Source of the DNA: Macrostomum lignano
Taxonomy: Eukaryota
DNA: 64,000 nt
Direction of reading: 5' to 3'
Assembly (NCBI GenBank): GCA_002269645.1
Contig: NIVC01000020.1
Location: forward strand, 248,001 to 312,000
Shown one piece after another: positions 35,935 to 46,506 of this stretch (its first letter is position 1; each line of letters begins with the position of its first letter). A model generated the notes under the pieces. The model had not been told where the DNA came from and did no database searches. It worked only from the letters and a program-made list of their open reading frames with translations. Position numbers and translations under genes: made by a program.

Positions 35935-36237
35935 ACTGTACTCAGGCACGCACTCATGTACTCAGGCACGCACTCATGTACTCAGGCACGCACTCATGTA
36001 CTCAGGCATGCACTCATGTACTCAGGCACGCACTCATGTACTTAGGCACGCACTCATGTACTCAGGCACGCACTCATGTACTCAGGCACGCACTCATGTA
36101 CTTAGGCACGCACTCATGTACTCAGGCACGCACTCATGTACTCAGGCACGCATTCATGTACTCAGGCACGCACTCAGGCACGCACTCATGTACTTAGGCA
36201 CGCACTCATGTACTCAGGCACGCACTCATGTACTCAC
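35935..36237. repeat. 20-bp minisatellite (GTACTCAGGCACGCACTCAT)
   Basis: Direct. Confidence 0.95.
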
Positions 36238-36539
36238 TTGAGCTAACACTTTCTAACCGTCAGGCATGTTCACTACCTGCGGATAGATAATTATATGCAG
36301 GATTTGGACGATAGGGTAAAATTAACTTCCCACTAGCCTGAATGCTAATTCTAGGACAAATAAACAGAGACAAGACAAATAAAAAATTAAAAGCGAACGG
36401 TAAAGAACTTCATAGCAGTTTCACTTTGTTTTAATTTTTTGCATTTAAAATAACAAATAAAACAAGTGAGCTACATGCAGCTAGGACATGTGCGGAAAAC
36501 TGCTTTGGCAATCATAGGTTCGCAAAGGCAACATGAGGG

Positions 36540-37045
36540 TCAGTCAGTCATGCAGCAGTTCATCTATTCTCACCTGGTGCCCCTCACACAGTCAGTCATG
36601 CAGCAGTTCCTCTATTCTCACCTGGTGCCGCTCACACAGTCAGTCATGCAGCAGTTCCTCTATTCTCACCTGGTGCCCCTCACACTGTCAGTCATGCAGC
36701 AGTTCCTCTATTCTCACCTGGTGCCCCTCACACTGTCAGTCAGTCATGCAGCAGTTCCTCTATTCTCACCTGGTGCCCCTCACACTGTCAGTCAGTCATG
36801 CAGCAGTTCCTCTATTCTCACCTGGTGCCGCTCACACAGTCAGTCATGCAACAGTTCCTCTATTCTCACCTGGTGCCCCTCACACTGTCAGTCATGCAGC
36901 AGTTCCTCTATTCTCACCTGGTGCCCCTCACACTGTCAGTCATGCAGCAGTTCCTCTATTCTCACCTGGTGCCGCTCACACTGTCAGTCATGCAGCAGTT
37001 CCTCTATTCTCACCTGGTGCCCCTCACACTGTCAGTCATGCAACA
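36540..37045. repeat. About 48-52 bp minisatellite (CAGTCATGCAGCAGTTCCTCTATTCTCACCTGGTGCCCCTCACACTGT)
   Basis: Direct. Confidence 0.93.
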
Positions 37046-37297
37046 CCTCATGACTCATTGGTAATAAAATAAGCAAATGACAAAGCCGCACATAGGATAG
37101 ACTTTTTGCTAATGCAGTAGTGGATGAATATAAGATTAAGTAGAAGTGAGTCTGCAATAAAGGATGAACAGGCTTATACAATGTAGATGAGGATGCGGAA
37201 GATTAAGACAGTAAGCGACAGCGGTAGATACCGCTTGTACAGCATAAAGTGTGCAATAAAACAAAAACTGGATTGAACACAATGCAAAAAGCTGGAG

Positions 37298-37448
37298 CCA
37301 ATCACACTCCAGACAATCGAACATCGGATACATTAGTTACATTAGCAAGCCTGAAACCGCAGCCTGAAATAGCCAATCACACTCCGGACAATCGAACATC
37401 GGATACATTAGTTACATTAGGAAAACTGAAACCTCAGCCCGAAATAAC
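37298..37448. repeat. 75-bp direct duplication
   Basis: CCAATCACACTCC.GACAATCG at 37298 and 37373. Confidence 0.9.
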
Positions 37449-37717
37449 AAAGACTTGGATTCCTATATACTAAAAAAATTTTATTCTAAAAATCGTTTTC
37501 AAACATTGGTAAAATCGAAAAAGCTGCAACCCAGAATTTGGGACCAAAGAACACATTGAGCAAGATGGAAGCAGAGCTCACTAATACGAATCGTATGTAA
37601 ATCAAGAAAAAAACGATTGCAGAGCGCACAGATAAAAACATTCACGTTGGCTGAAGGAACAAAAAAACAAGGATACAAATGTTACAGATGTTAAACCGTG
37701 GTGTGCGGGGGTAGCAA

Positions 37718-37945
37718 AGATTTACCGATCAGATCTGCTGAACTCAGCTCAGGCCATGGCAGTGATTTACCGATCAGATCTGCTGAACTCAGCCCAGGCC
37801 ATGGCGGTGATTTACCGATCAGATCTGCTGAACTCAGCTCAGGCCATGGCGGTGATTTACCGATCAGATCTGCTGAACTCAGCTTAGGCCATGGCGGTGA
37901 TTTACCGATCAGATCTGCTGAACTCAGCTTAGGCCATGGTGATTT
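37718..37945. repeat. 45-bp minisatellite (GGTGATTTACCGATCAGATCTGCTGAACTCAGCTCAGGCCATGGC)
   Basis: About 5 units. Confidence 0.92.
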
Positions 37946-38176
37946 TTTATCCAGGGTCGCTATAAACAAATTTTATAAAATCCAGCATGGAAATGAGTTC
38001 TTAAATCTAGCAAAATTGCATCTGCAGCTGAGTTCAGCAGATCAGATTGGTAGGGACTAGCAATATTGTTGCTAATGCAAATAGCCATACATAAGGACAC
38101 AAATAGCATTGAAACAAAGAAACAATTTTAACTGATTGAACGCGCAAAAAGAGTTTGCCATCCAGTAGGACAGATT

Positions 38177-41100
38177 TCACTGCGGAGGAAAGACAGGACT
38201 TTCCGGCTCGGCCATGGGGTCCGGATGACCGTAAGCGGCGACCCGGGGAACAAAATCGAACTGCTCGTCATAGTCCATCTGGCCATGCAGCAGCAGATCG
38301 GGTTCAGCCTCTTGGGCTAACATATCCGGCCGGTCATTTCGCAAAGGCTGCAGCATCGAAGGCTGAAATTCGGCTTCATTCAGTTGCGGTCCCAACTCGG
38401 TCAGGTCAACTTCGGCAGCGAAGTCCGGGACGTCTAGGCCGAATCGGCAGTAGAGTTCCATGAGAAACTCGTCACAGTCACCAGGAAAACTGCCCATGGC
38501 TTCTGCCTCGCTGCGAATTTCAGCAGCTCGAGCTAAAACCACTTCCTCAGTGACTCCACTGCCAAAGAGAGATACGTTATCGAATTCAGCATTGTGCAGT
38601 CCGGGAAGTTCCATGACAGCTTTCAAATAGTTGTATGCGTTGGAGAGTTGCGACTGATTGCGGGAAGCTAATCCACTTTTGATCATCCGTTTGGTCATCT
38701 TGGCACCAGGACAAAAGATTATAGCTTTAGTTTCATAGCCAGGACCGCAAAGTTCTACACGGTTTCTTCGGGTGCCGTAGGACAAGTTGCAAAAATCGAT
38801 AATTATGTTGGATCTCATCTTAGTAGCGTGTGTTAGACACGTGTGAATGAGATCATTTCCGGCGATCTGTAAATAGTCGAATAATCGATTCAACGTCTCC
38901 TCGTTAGACAATGATTCGTCAAGTTCCGGGGCAATGAGCCTTTCGAAAAATAGGTCCAAACTCACAACCATGAGCTGCGAGTCTTTATGGACAGATTTCT
39001 GCGCTTCGGTAAAGCGAGTTTTTCCTGATAATGGCAGTCCTACATTAAAAAGCACTTCTGGCTGCTCAGGAGGTTTGAATTGAGCAATTGGCACAGCTGT
39101 ATTGAAAGCCAATGACAAGTTGTCTGACGGACGAACTAACGTTGATGAAATTTTGTTGAAGCACAGTTGGAGCTTGGAGTTTACAACAGCAACATGCGGA
39201 ACCCAGACCATATCTATGATGTTCGCTGGGAGCTGATATCGGATACTAAATGGACATGATTGTCGCGCTAAGTGCCGGCCAGAAGGAGAGGAGGCAACAG
39301 CGACATTAAAAATGGCAAGCGCTTCGTTGCAGTCAGTTTTTTTAATCTCAATAGTAATCGCAACTCGATCACCAACTGCGCATTCAAGACCAGGTAGTCG
39401 AGAAAGCGAACCAGCGAGAATAGCGTAGCCTTTGGAGGAATAAGCAAAGCTGAATTTACTTGACCCTGGAAGTCCGTGATTGGCCGCACAGAAATTAGAT
39501 CTCGGTACTAGACTCCACCCAACACGAAAAGCACTTCTTTGAGAAGGTTGCTCTTTCGCGTGAAGCAGGACAGTCTCAAAATAAATTTTTCCTTCAGAGA
39601 CGCCATGACTAGCAAATGATGTCCCCCAAAGCTCACAGACCGAGTTTCCGGGGGCAGGAAGTTCGTCTAGACTGTTAATGACACCACAGGGCACGTCTTC
39701 TGTTTGCAAAAAAGGATCATCTAAAATCAAGCTAACGGATAACCTTGATTCCGAAAAACTCTGGTCTTCAGACGAGTTGTTTAGTGCCTGATTTTCGAGG
39801 TCAGTTGACGCTGCTCTAACTGTAGTTTCAGACGGCTCTGAGCTTGAATTCTTAGACATGGATCTGTCCATATAGTTTGCATACATTGGACGACTGCTAG
39901 AAGCGCTATCTGCAACAAGCTTGCTTTGGCGAAATCTAGAGGTCCTGGCGGCCTTCATAGAAGCGCAAGCAATGATTTCCTGAAGGTTAGAGATCGGCTG
40001 CATTTTCACTTCAACAATATCAGACACTTTGCTGCTTTTCTTTAAAGCCACAAAGCGCGAGTATTGACGCAGTGCCAATTCTAAGTCAATGTTCGAATCC
40101 AACGATGCAACCAAAAATTCTGGCAGATCGGCTTTTATGGCTAACTTTCGAATGCATACAATCCGTTCTAATTCCGCAAATATCTCCGACGGAAATGCAG
40201 CACCAGCTTGCTGACACAAGAGCTTAAAACGATGAGAAATAATAGAAAATGATTCGACTAGTTCTTTCTGCAATCGATGATGCTGAAGATGACCCATGTA
40301 CTTCTTAGCACAGAGTTTAGCTACAATGGTTAACAACTTCTTGACTTCAGGCATTGAAATTTTGCTTTGTTGCACTGCGGAGTCAATGGCTAGCTTTAGC
40401 TCACTGTCCATTTTTGATTGGTCAATGCTGTTCTTTAAATGATTAAATTGTAATTGAGCACAAAAGGCGGAACAAATCGGGATAGTTGAGTCAGGAAAAC
40501 CATTGACAGTTACATTAAATGGCTTGAAGCTTACTCGATCAGAGCGCAAGGCTAAAAGTTTAATAATATTACAAGCTTCACGAACTTCGATTAGCTTTTC
40601 TTTTGGAAAACCAAACTTCTGACCAATCAAACGCAGCGCAATTCTATCGATCATTGGCGCAACAGAGCCATGCGGAAATTCAATCTGCAGCTCACAGCAG
40701 AAATTTCGCATTTTCTGCACAACTTGGAGTGGTTGGATTTGTAGCCTGCCGTCGTCATTAAAGTCAACAGATTTTTCTCGCAAAAACTCATTGAAATAAA
40801 TATCTACAGCACCTGAGAGAACATGGCTCGGAAACTCAGTTAATGACCCAATGTCCTCAGCGCGAGGATTCTCAATGTTGACTTTATAAAGTCTTGATAA
40901 ACAACTCTCCAGGTCACAGGCTTTAATTCCGCCATGCAATAACGTTTTAATCTTATTAATTGTCCATTGGCAGCTTATAAATGGTCGAAAGGCTGCAAAA
41001 ATCGAGTGAGAATCAAGAACAAGCCTTTGAGCTTGGACAATAACCTCTAGGATTCTCATTTCAGTTCGAGGATATTCGACGCCAAAGGCGCTGCAAATGA

Positions 41101-44065
41101 ATTTAATTCTTTGCACCAAATTATCAGTTGAATTTAAACGTTTTAAACTTCGCATGGGATGAGTAATCCAACGAATATGCCTGCAAATGGCGACTGAAAG
41201 CGATCGAGTAAATACATCAGCTGGAACTGACCTTCTAATCTCTAACAGAGAGCTGTTTAACCTGTCGCGCAAACTGCCGAGAAAGGAATCGTGCACATAG
41301 AGAAAAAAGTACTGCCGGTTTTCACGCAACACACTAGCGATACTTGATATAAGAGATTCCGGTAACCGATGTTCAGAATAAATAGATGGCGGAATTCGTT
41401 CGATTTGGTTGAGGCAGGCAAGGAAGTCCATTTTTTTACCAAGCAATGAGAATAGCTGCCATAAAGTTGTGGTAACTTGATCCAACTCTTCGGGAATAGA
41501 AAGCCTAAAGCACGCACGCTTAACAAATGCCAATTCAACAATTCGATCGACAAGATCACGCGGCATGTACTTTAAAGAGAAGCATCGGTCCTTTAAGCAC
41601 TCGAGGTCCAATTTTTCGATCTCAATTAGACTGCTCTCAATTTTACAAAACATTTCTGCTCCGAACTGACTAAAGGCTGTCTCTAAAATATCTGTCGAAT
41701 CATTTGAACTCAATTCAACCTTATCGAGACAACTGAGCTCTATGCGCTGCATTACCTTCTGCTTATCGAATGAACGATTTTTTTCGGTCAAGGCACCAGC
41801 GTTAAGAAGCTCATTTAAAACACAAAGGATTTCTTTAGTAGCTCGCTGTTTCACAGCATCATCCGGTTGTCTCATTGTCTTATGTGGTCTGGAAGGGCCT
41901 GCTTCAGACCCCGTTGGCCTTTTGATCGCCTCGGACTGTTGTTGTTCTTTGGAGACACTCCTTTCTTCGCAAATTGGAGTGCTTTTGCCACTTGGCAGCG
42001 GAACACAATCGTTTTGGCAGTTAAAAGTTTTGTTAGATTGAATGTCGCGTTTCGATGTTGAATTTTCTCCTGACTTTTTTGGGATTTTCTTGCGAAACGG
42101 GTTCTCCTTAGGTTGGTAGTCACATTTTGATTTCGTCAGCGTGTCAACAGGCTGAGGGCTGCCATCTCTGTTCGGAGCTTTGTTACATGGTGGTGCTGCG
42201 TCCTGGACAGGAAGATGTTGCGAATTGTCCTCTTCTGTGGGTTCTTCATCATTAGCAGGCTGGTGGTGAATAATAAGCTTGTCAGTTGGCTCACCAGTGT
42301 TTTCAGTGAGTTCAATAGCATCCGGCGCATTATTCGAATCCTTAACAGAAATTAATGAAGATGAATTCCCAGCTGACTGGTGGCTGCCAGGTTTTGCTTT
42401 GGCTAACGAGTCAGTAGCCTGTGGACTTCTGTCGTTTCCCGGTTCCTCAAGCGACGCGATTTGGTTCTTTGAAGTTAGATCCTGCGAAGCTCGGTTGCTT
42501 AGCATAATGTCAGTTGAATTTTCTGAAAGTAGATCATAGTCTATATCTTCTTGATCGGCATCATCGAGCGAGAAACAGAAAACGTTGTCTAATTCCGATT
42601 GTGCAGACTGCACATTCTCGTTGGGCAGTCGGCTATCAGATGGCTTGCTTCTCATATCGGAATCTTCTTCGAACGACTGATCTTCTGCGGGCAAATTGTC
42701 TTTCACAGACGTGCTTGGAGACTTAAAATTGCCCCGTTCATAATCTCGAATTTCATCCGACTTGCACTGATGGCTCTCTGTTGACTGATCGGTCATTCGC
42801 ACGCCCTGCTTCATTGTAACATTGTTACTAGTTACCTTTCTGCTCTTGTCTGAGATGGCAGTCTGCTGTTCAACATAAAAATTCTCCGTGGAATTTTCAC
42901 ATTGCGGTTTGCTAGAAACAATTGGTTTTTCTGAGGTTTTGTCCTTCAGCAAATCAAGCGAGTCGTCTCTAGCCTGTTGATCCAGTTTAGGGTCTCGTAG
43001 CAAAACAATGATAGGACAACGGTTTGCCCCAAGTGCAGCGTTGGAATAATTGAGAGAAACCTTAGATGTTTCGTCACTTTCAGATTTTGATGCACCCGGC
43101 TTGTGTGTGTGACCGCTTTGAGTTTGCGTCAGGTAGTTGAGTCTCGGACTCTTACCAGGTTTCTTCGAAACACTTTTTGTATCAGTCGTAATCGAATGCA
43201 TTTGACAATCCTTTCGCTTTGCTAGGGATCTCTCTGAACTGGATGAATGGGAAAGCTCAGATGGATTAGAAGAGTCGTTCTTAATTATTTGAGATGTCCC
43301 AAGCTCAGAGAGAGGTACTTCTTTTCCAGGAGAGACGGTAGTCTCAGAAATAACACGTAAGTCTTCTGTCGTGCTCTGTTCTTCTGTTGCTGTTTCATTT
43401 GCGCTGACTGGGGAACGGGGATCGCAGATGCTCAAATCATCAGTTTTAGATGCTAAATTCGATGCAGTATTTGCAGAATCCCCTTCTGGGTGCGACGAGT
43501 TCTGTTTAGTATGCTTTTCTGAGCTTTTCTTCGGCACAGTATGCTTCTCGAATAGCACACTGCTGCTGCTGGAACTCACACGAGCTGAGGTTACAGGTTG
43601 ATTTGACTCGGTGGTCTCCAAGCCGCGGTTTAGCTGCTTTCGCTGTTTCTGCTCTGCTTCTGCGTCTCCTTGCTCAGAATCAGTGAAGGCCGCGACCACA
43701 GTGCCTGAGCTGACATTGCGGTTCTTCCGTTTCCTCTTTGATTCAAACGCCTGCTCAGCGTCTGTGGAGACCCCAGAGACTCCAGGCGCCTCTGTGGTCT
43801 CTGAGTTGCCAACTTGCTGCATTCGTTTCTTCTTTGCTCTTGCAGCTGTCTGTTCAGCATCCGCATAGCTTGTGACCTCGAGTGATCCAGACGAGACTTG
43901 CGAGCCTCTGCGCTTTTTGGTCTTTCGCCGCATTTCAGCTGAATTTCCTTCGCCAACTTCAGCTCCGGACTGCGCCGCCTGTGCTGAAAGCGAGAGAGCG
44001 AGCTGGTCAAGCTGGGGATTTCTCTCTATCACCACAACTGCAATGCGACCGCTGCCCTGCGACAT
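38177..44065 (-). CDS. 1962-aa intronless protein: long disordered N-terminus, helical middle region, C-terminal SPRY + AAA_33-type P-loop module of divergent hnRNP U/hnRNP UL type
   Basis: SPRY: GVSEGKIYFE..FRVGWSL..FSFAYSSKG..VGDRV..WVPHVAVVNSKLQLCF. P-loop: PEVLFNVGLPLSGKT and NIIIDFCNLSYGTRRNR..YETKAIIFCP (hnRNP U: CEVVMMIGLPGAGKT, NFILDQTNV..FQRKAVVVCP). 5.9-kb ORF in AT-rich DNA is not a chance ORF. Confidence 0.82.
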   Translation of the reverse strand: MSQGSGRIAVVVIERNPQLDQLALSLSAQAAQSGAEVGEGNSAEMRRKTKKRRGSQVSSGSLEVTSYADAEQTAARAKKKRMQQVGNSETTEAPGVSGVSTDAEQAFESKRKRKNRNVSSGTVVAAFTDSEQGDAEAEQKQRKQLNRGLETTESNQPVTSARVSSSSSSVLFEKHTVPKKSSEKHTKQNSSHPEGDSANTASNLASKTDDLSICDPRSPVSANETATEEQSTTEDLRVISETTVSPGKEVPLSELGTSQIIKNDSSNPSELSHSSSSERSLAKRKDCQMHSITTDTKSVSKKPGKSPRLNYLTQTQSGHTHKPGASKSESDETSKVSLNYSNAALGANRCPIIVLLRDPKLDQQARDDSLDLLKDKTSEKPIVSSKPQCENSTENFYVEQQTAISDKSRKVTSNNVTMKQGVRMTDQSTESHQCKSDEIRDYERGNFKSPSTSVKDNLPAEDQSFEEDSDMRSKPSDSRLPNENVQSAQSELDNVFCFSLDDADQEDIDYDLLSENSTDIMLSNRASQDLTSKNQIASLEEPGNDRSPQATDSLAKAKPGSHQSAGNSSSLISVKDSNNAPDAIELTENTGEPTDKLIIHHQPANDEEPTEEDNSQHLPVQDAAPPCNKAPNRDGSPQPVDTLTKSKCDYQPKENPFRKKIPKKSGENSTSKRDIQSNKTFNCQNDCVPLPSGKSTPICEERSVSKEQQQSEAIKRPTGSEAGPSRPHKTMRQPDDAVKQRATKEILCVLNELLNAGALTEKNRSFDKQKVMQRIELSCLDKVELSSNDSTDILETAFSQFGAEMFCKIESSLIEIEKLDLECLKDRCFSLKYMPRDLVDRIVELAFVKRACFRLSIPEELDQVTTTLWQLFSLLGKKMDFLACLNQIERIPPSIYSEHRLPESLISSIASVLRENRQYFFLYVHDSFLGSLRDRLNSSLLEIRRSVPADVFTRSLSVAICRHIRWITHPMRSLKRLNSTDNLVQRIKFICSAFGVEYPRTEMRILEVIVQAQRLVLDSHSIFAAFRPFISCQWTINKIKTLLHGGIKACDLESCLSRLYKVNIENPRAEDIGSLTEFPSHVLSGAVDIYFNEFLREKSVDFNDDGRLQIQPLQVVQKMRNFCCELQIEFPHGSVAPMIDRIALRLIGQKFGFPKEKLIEVREACNIIKLLALRSDRVSFKPFNVTVNGFPDSTIPICSAFCAQLQFNHLKNSIDQSKMDSELKLAIDSAVQQSKISMPEVKKLLTIVAKLCAKKYMGHLQHHRLQKELVESFSIISHRFKLLCQQAGAAFPSEIFAELERIVCIRKLAIKADLPEFLVASLDSNIDLELALRQYSRFVALKKSSKVSDIVEVKMQPISNLQEIIACASMKAARTSRFRQSKLVADSASSSRPMYANYMDRSMSKNSSSEPSETTVRAASTDLENQALNNSSEDQSFSESRLSVSLILDDPFLQTEDVPCGVINSLDELPAPGNSVCELWGTSFASHGVSEGKIYFETVLLHAKEQPSQRSAFRVGWSLVPRSNFCAANHGLPGSSKFSFAYSSKGYAILAGSLSRLPGLECAVGDRVAITIEIKKTDCNEALAIFNVAVASSPSGRHLARQSCPFSIRYQLPANIIDMVWVPHVAVVNSKLQLCFNKISSTLVRPSDNLSLAFNTAVPIAQFKPPEQPEVLFNVGLPLSGKTRFTEAQKSVHKDSQLMVVSLDLFFERLIAPELDESLSNEETLNRLFDYLQIAGNDLIHTCLTHATKMRSNIIIDFCNLSYGTRRNRVELCGPGYETKAIIFCPGAKMTKRMIKSGLASRNQSQLSNAYNYLKAVMELPGLHNAEFDNVSLFGSGVTEEVVLARAAEIRSEAEAMGSFPGDCDEFLMELYCRFGLDVPDFAAEVDLTELGPQLNEAEFQPSMLQPLRNDRPDMLAQEAEPDLLLHGQMDYDEQFDFVPRVAAYGHPDPMAEPESPVFPPQ

Positions 44066-45024
44066 TGGGTCGACACTGCGGACCTTGCCAGGAGCAATAG
44101 AATCTAGAGTTTGAGCTGCTCAGCATGAATGATCAGGATGTAGGTAGAACCATGTTTAGAACTGGCTCGCCAAAAAACTGCTATCGATTTTAGGTAGTTA
44201 ATGTTGAATTTATAGCTTCAATGGAGTGCCATACCATGATTATAAGTCAAGGCTTAAGTATCATAATGCTAAATTATAAATAAGCTTTAACTATGCGATT
44301 GTCAGACTTGACGAGACATACTAACAAAAATTGTTAAACGAAACAATTCGTCTTTATTAACTAATACCGTATCTTGATACAGTGCATAATGCATCAATGT
44401 GGGTTGCATTAATCAAGTATTCTATATTAGTATATTTACATCCTCGTATGTTTGTATCGATTTTTGAGAAGTATAAAATTGGACAGGCGAATCCAATTTT
44501 TCTGCACTTCCGCAAAAGTCATACTATTTTCTTACAAGGCTGAGATGCAACAAAAAGCGCTTATGCTTTTTCAAAGCTCTAAATGTTCCAGAAAACTTAA
44601 CTAGAACGTGTATATTTTTTGTTCTCTTAGACTTTTTAAACTAACTGTAACTTTCCCTTGTAGAAAAATAGAAAAGTAAAGCTTTTTTGTTCGCTAAACA
44701 GGTGTGGCACCTTTAGCAGCTAATCACAGCAAGCGATAAAAACGAGAAAACAGCATTGAACAGAGGGCGCCACACTGTATTAAGGTGAAGGTGATTTATA
44801 AAAGTTGTTATAAATCGAACAGCTCACAATGAGTGATTACTTGATATTTCTGACCCTAGCGCTTTGTAATTTTGGCACACAAATCGGCTGCTGAGTTTTC
44901 AGTTGCAAGCAAACTTTGAGTAAGAAGCAAAGGCAACAAAGCACCAATGGGGCAGTCACGATTTGCACAGAAAGCAGAGTAACGCATAGCAGTGCATTTC
45001 TCTGAGATTTGCACTCCCGACACT

Positions 45025-46506
45025 TCAGTCTGCATCCTTGTCTTCGAGCTGCACCAGGAACAACTTCTGCACCAAGCGGGTGAAGCTGGAGCTGGCCTTC
45101 AACAGCGAGGTTGGTTTCCTTTGCCAAGCAACGCCGACCAGGTAGACCGGGATGCCGGTCAGGATAATAAGGATGCCCATGACGCTCTCCTGGAAGGCGC
45201 CAATGAAGGTGTTGGTGCACAGCAGCACGGTGAGCAGGGTGTACACCACCGGGAACACGATGGGCACCCGAATCGGCCGGGGCGCGAGCGGTCGCGTGAT
45301 GCGGAAGTACAGCACGATGAAGACAGACAGGCCGATGGCCAGCCAGTTGACGAAGCCCATGTAGTTCATCAGCATGTAGATGTCATCGGCCACCAAGTAG
45401 ACGAGCGACAGCAGGCCAACAAGCAGCACAGCTGGCAGCGGTGTCAGCAGCTTGCGCTGGATCATGCAGAGCACGGCTGGCATGTGGCCCTCTTCAGCGG
45501 CGGTGTAGAACAGCCTGGACGTGGTGAGCATGATGCCGTTGACGCCACCGAAGGTGGACAAAGACACGAAGACGGGCATCACCATGGCCAGCGGGCCGAA
45601 CAGCTTCTGTGCAAACAGAATGGCAACAGCTGGAGTGGAGACGAAGATGCTGACTGGCACGGTGGTGAAGTAGGCGGCGTTGGCCAGGACGTAGACCACG
45701 GTGACCAGCGCGCAGGAGATGAAGATGGCCAGAGGCAGGTCCCGCTGCGGGTTCTTCATCTCGCCAGTGACGCAGTTCAAGTAGTTCCAGCCATTATAAG
45801 CGAACAGGCCGGAGTAGAAGGCCCGCACAAGATTGCCGATGCCGAGCGTGGTGTCAGCGAAGGCATCATTGAAGGCCTCAACGCGACCGCGGCAAACCTG
45901 GGCAACGCCGGCAGCGATGATACCCAGCAGGGCGATGGTCTTGCCCCAGGTGCAGACGTCCTGGATAATGGTGGACGCGCGGACGCTGCAGCAGTTGGCG
46001 AAGGTGATGATGGTGATGCAGAGGGCAGCCAGCAGCTTCTCAGTAATGATGGGCGCCTGGCAACCTGTGAAAATTGGCTCCAGGACGTACTTGGCGAATG
46101 TGAGTGCCACAATGGTCTGGCCGCAGGGCCGCATGACGATGATCTCGCACCAGACGCGCAGGAAGCCGAGGAACGGGCCGAACGCGTCCAGAACATAGGC
46201 GTAGTCAGCGCCCGACCGCTGAATCATCGTGCCCAGCTCCGCGTAGCTGTACGCCCCAAAGAAGCTGAACACGCCGCAAGCGACCCACACTAGCAGGGAG
46301 GCGCCTACGCTGTTTACCTCCTTGAAAATGCCAGTCGGGCTAACAAAGATCCCGGACCCGATGATGGAGCCGACAATGATGCTGACCCCATTGATGAGGG
46401 TGATGCGCCGCTTCAGCTGCACCGGGTCCTCTGAAGAGGCGAGCTCCTCTCCCGAAGCCGCCGCCTTTTTACCAAGGCTCTCCGTTGACTCGCAGGCCTT
46501 CGGCAT
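45025..46506 (-). CDS. SLC7 L-type/y+L amino-acid transporter light chain (APC fold), single coding exon, 493 aa
   Basis: LKRRITLINGVSIIVGSIIGSGIFVSPTG, YAELGTMIQRSGADYAY, FYSGLFAYNGWNYLN..EMKNPQRDLPLAI, AAEEGHMP, RPIRV. 5'-UTR intron 46507-46600 (GTAAGT..CTGTAG|ATG). Confidence 0.95.
   Translation of the reverse strand: MPKACESTESLGKKAAASGEELASSEDPVQLKRRITLINGVSIIVGSIIGSGIFVSPTGIFKEVNSVGASLLVWVACGVFSFFGAYSYAELGTMIQRSGADYAYVLDAFGPFLGFLRVWCEIIVMRPCGQTIVALTFAKYVLEPIFTGCQAPIITEKLLAALCITIITFANCCSVRASTIIQDVCTWGKTIALLGIIAAGVAQVCRGRVEAFNDAFADTTLGIGNLVRAFYSGLFAYNGWNYLNCVTGEMKNPQRDLPLAIFISCALVTVVYVLANAAYFTTVPVSIFVSTPAVAILFAQKLFGPLAMVMPVFVSLSTFGGVNGIMLTTSRLFYTAAEEGHMPAVLCMIQRKLLTPLPAVLLVGLLSLVYLVADDIYMLMNYMGFVNWLAIGLSVFIVLYFRITRPLAPRPIRVPIVFPVVYTLLTVLLCTNTFIGAFQESVMGILIILTGIPVYLVGVAWQRKPTSLLKASSSFTRLVQKLFLVQLEDKDAD

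Noticed and set aside
44992-46293. 433-aa plus-strand ORF
   Set aside because: Antisense shadow of the GC3-rich SLC7 CDS. The same applies to 8120-9415, 3884-4753 and 29017-30342.
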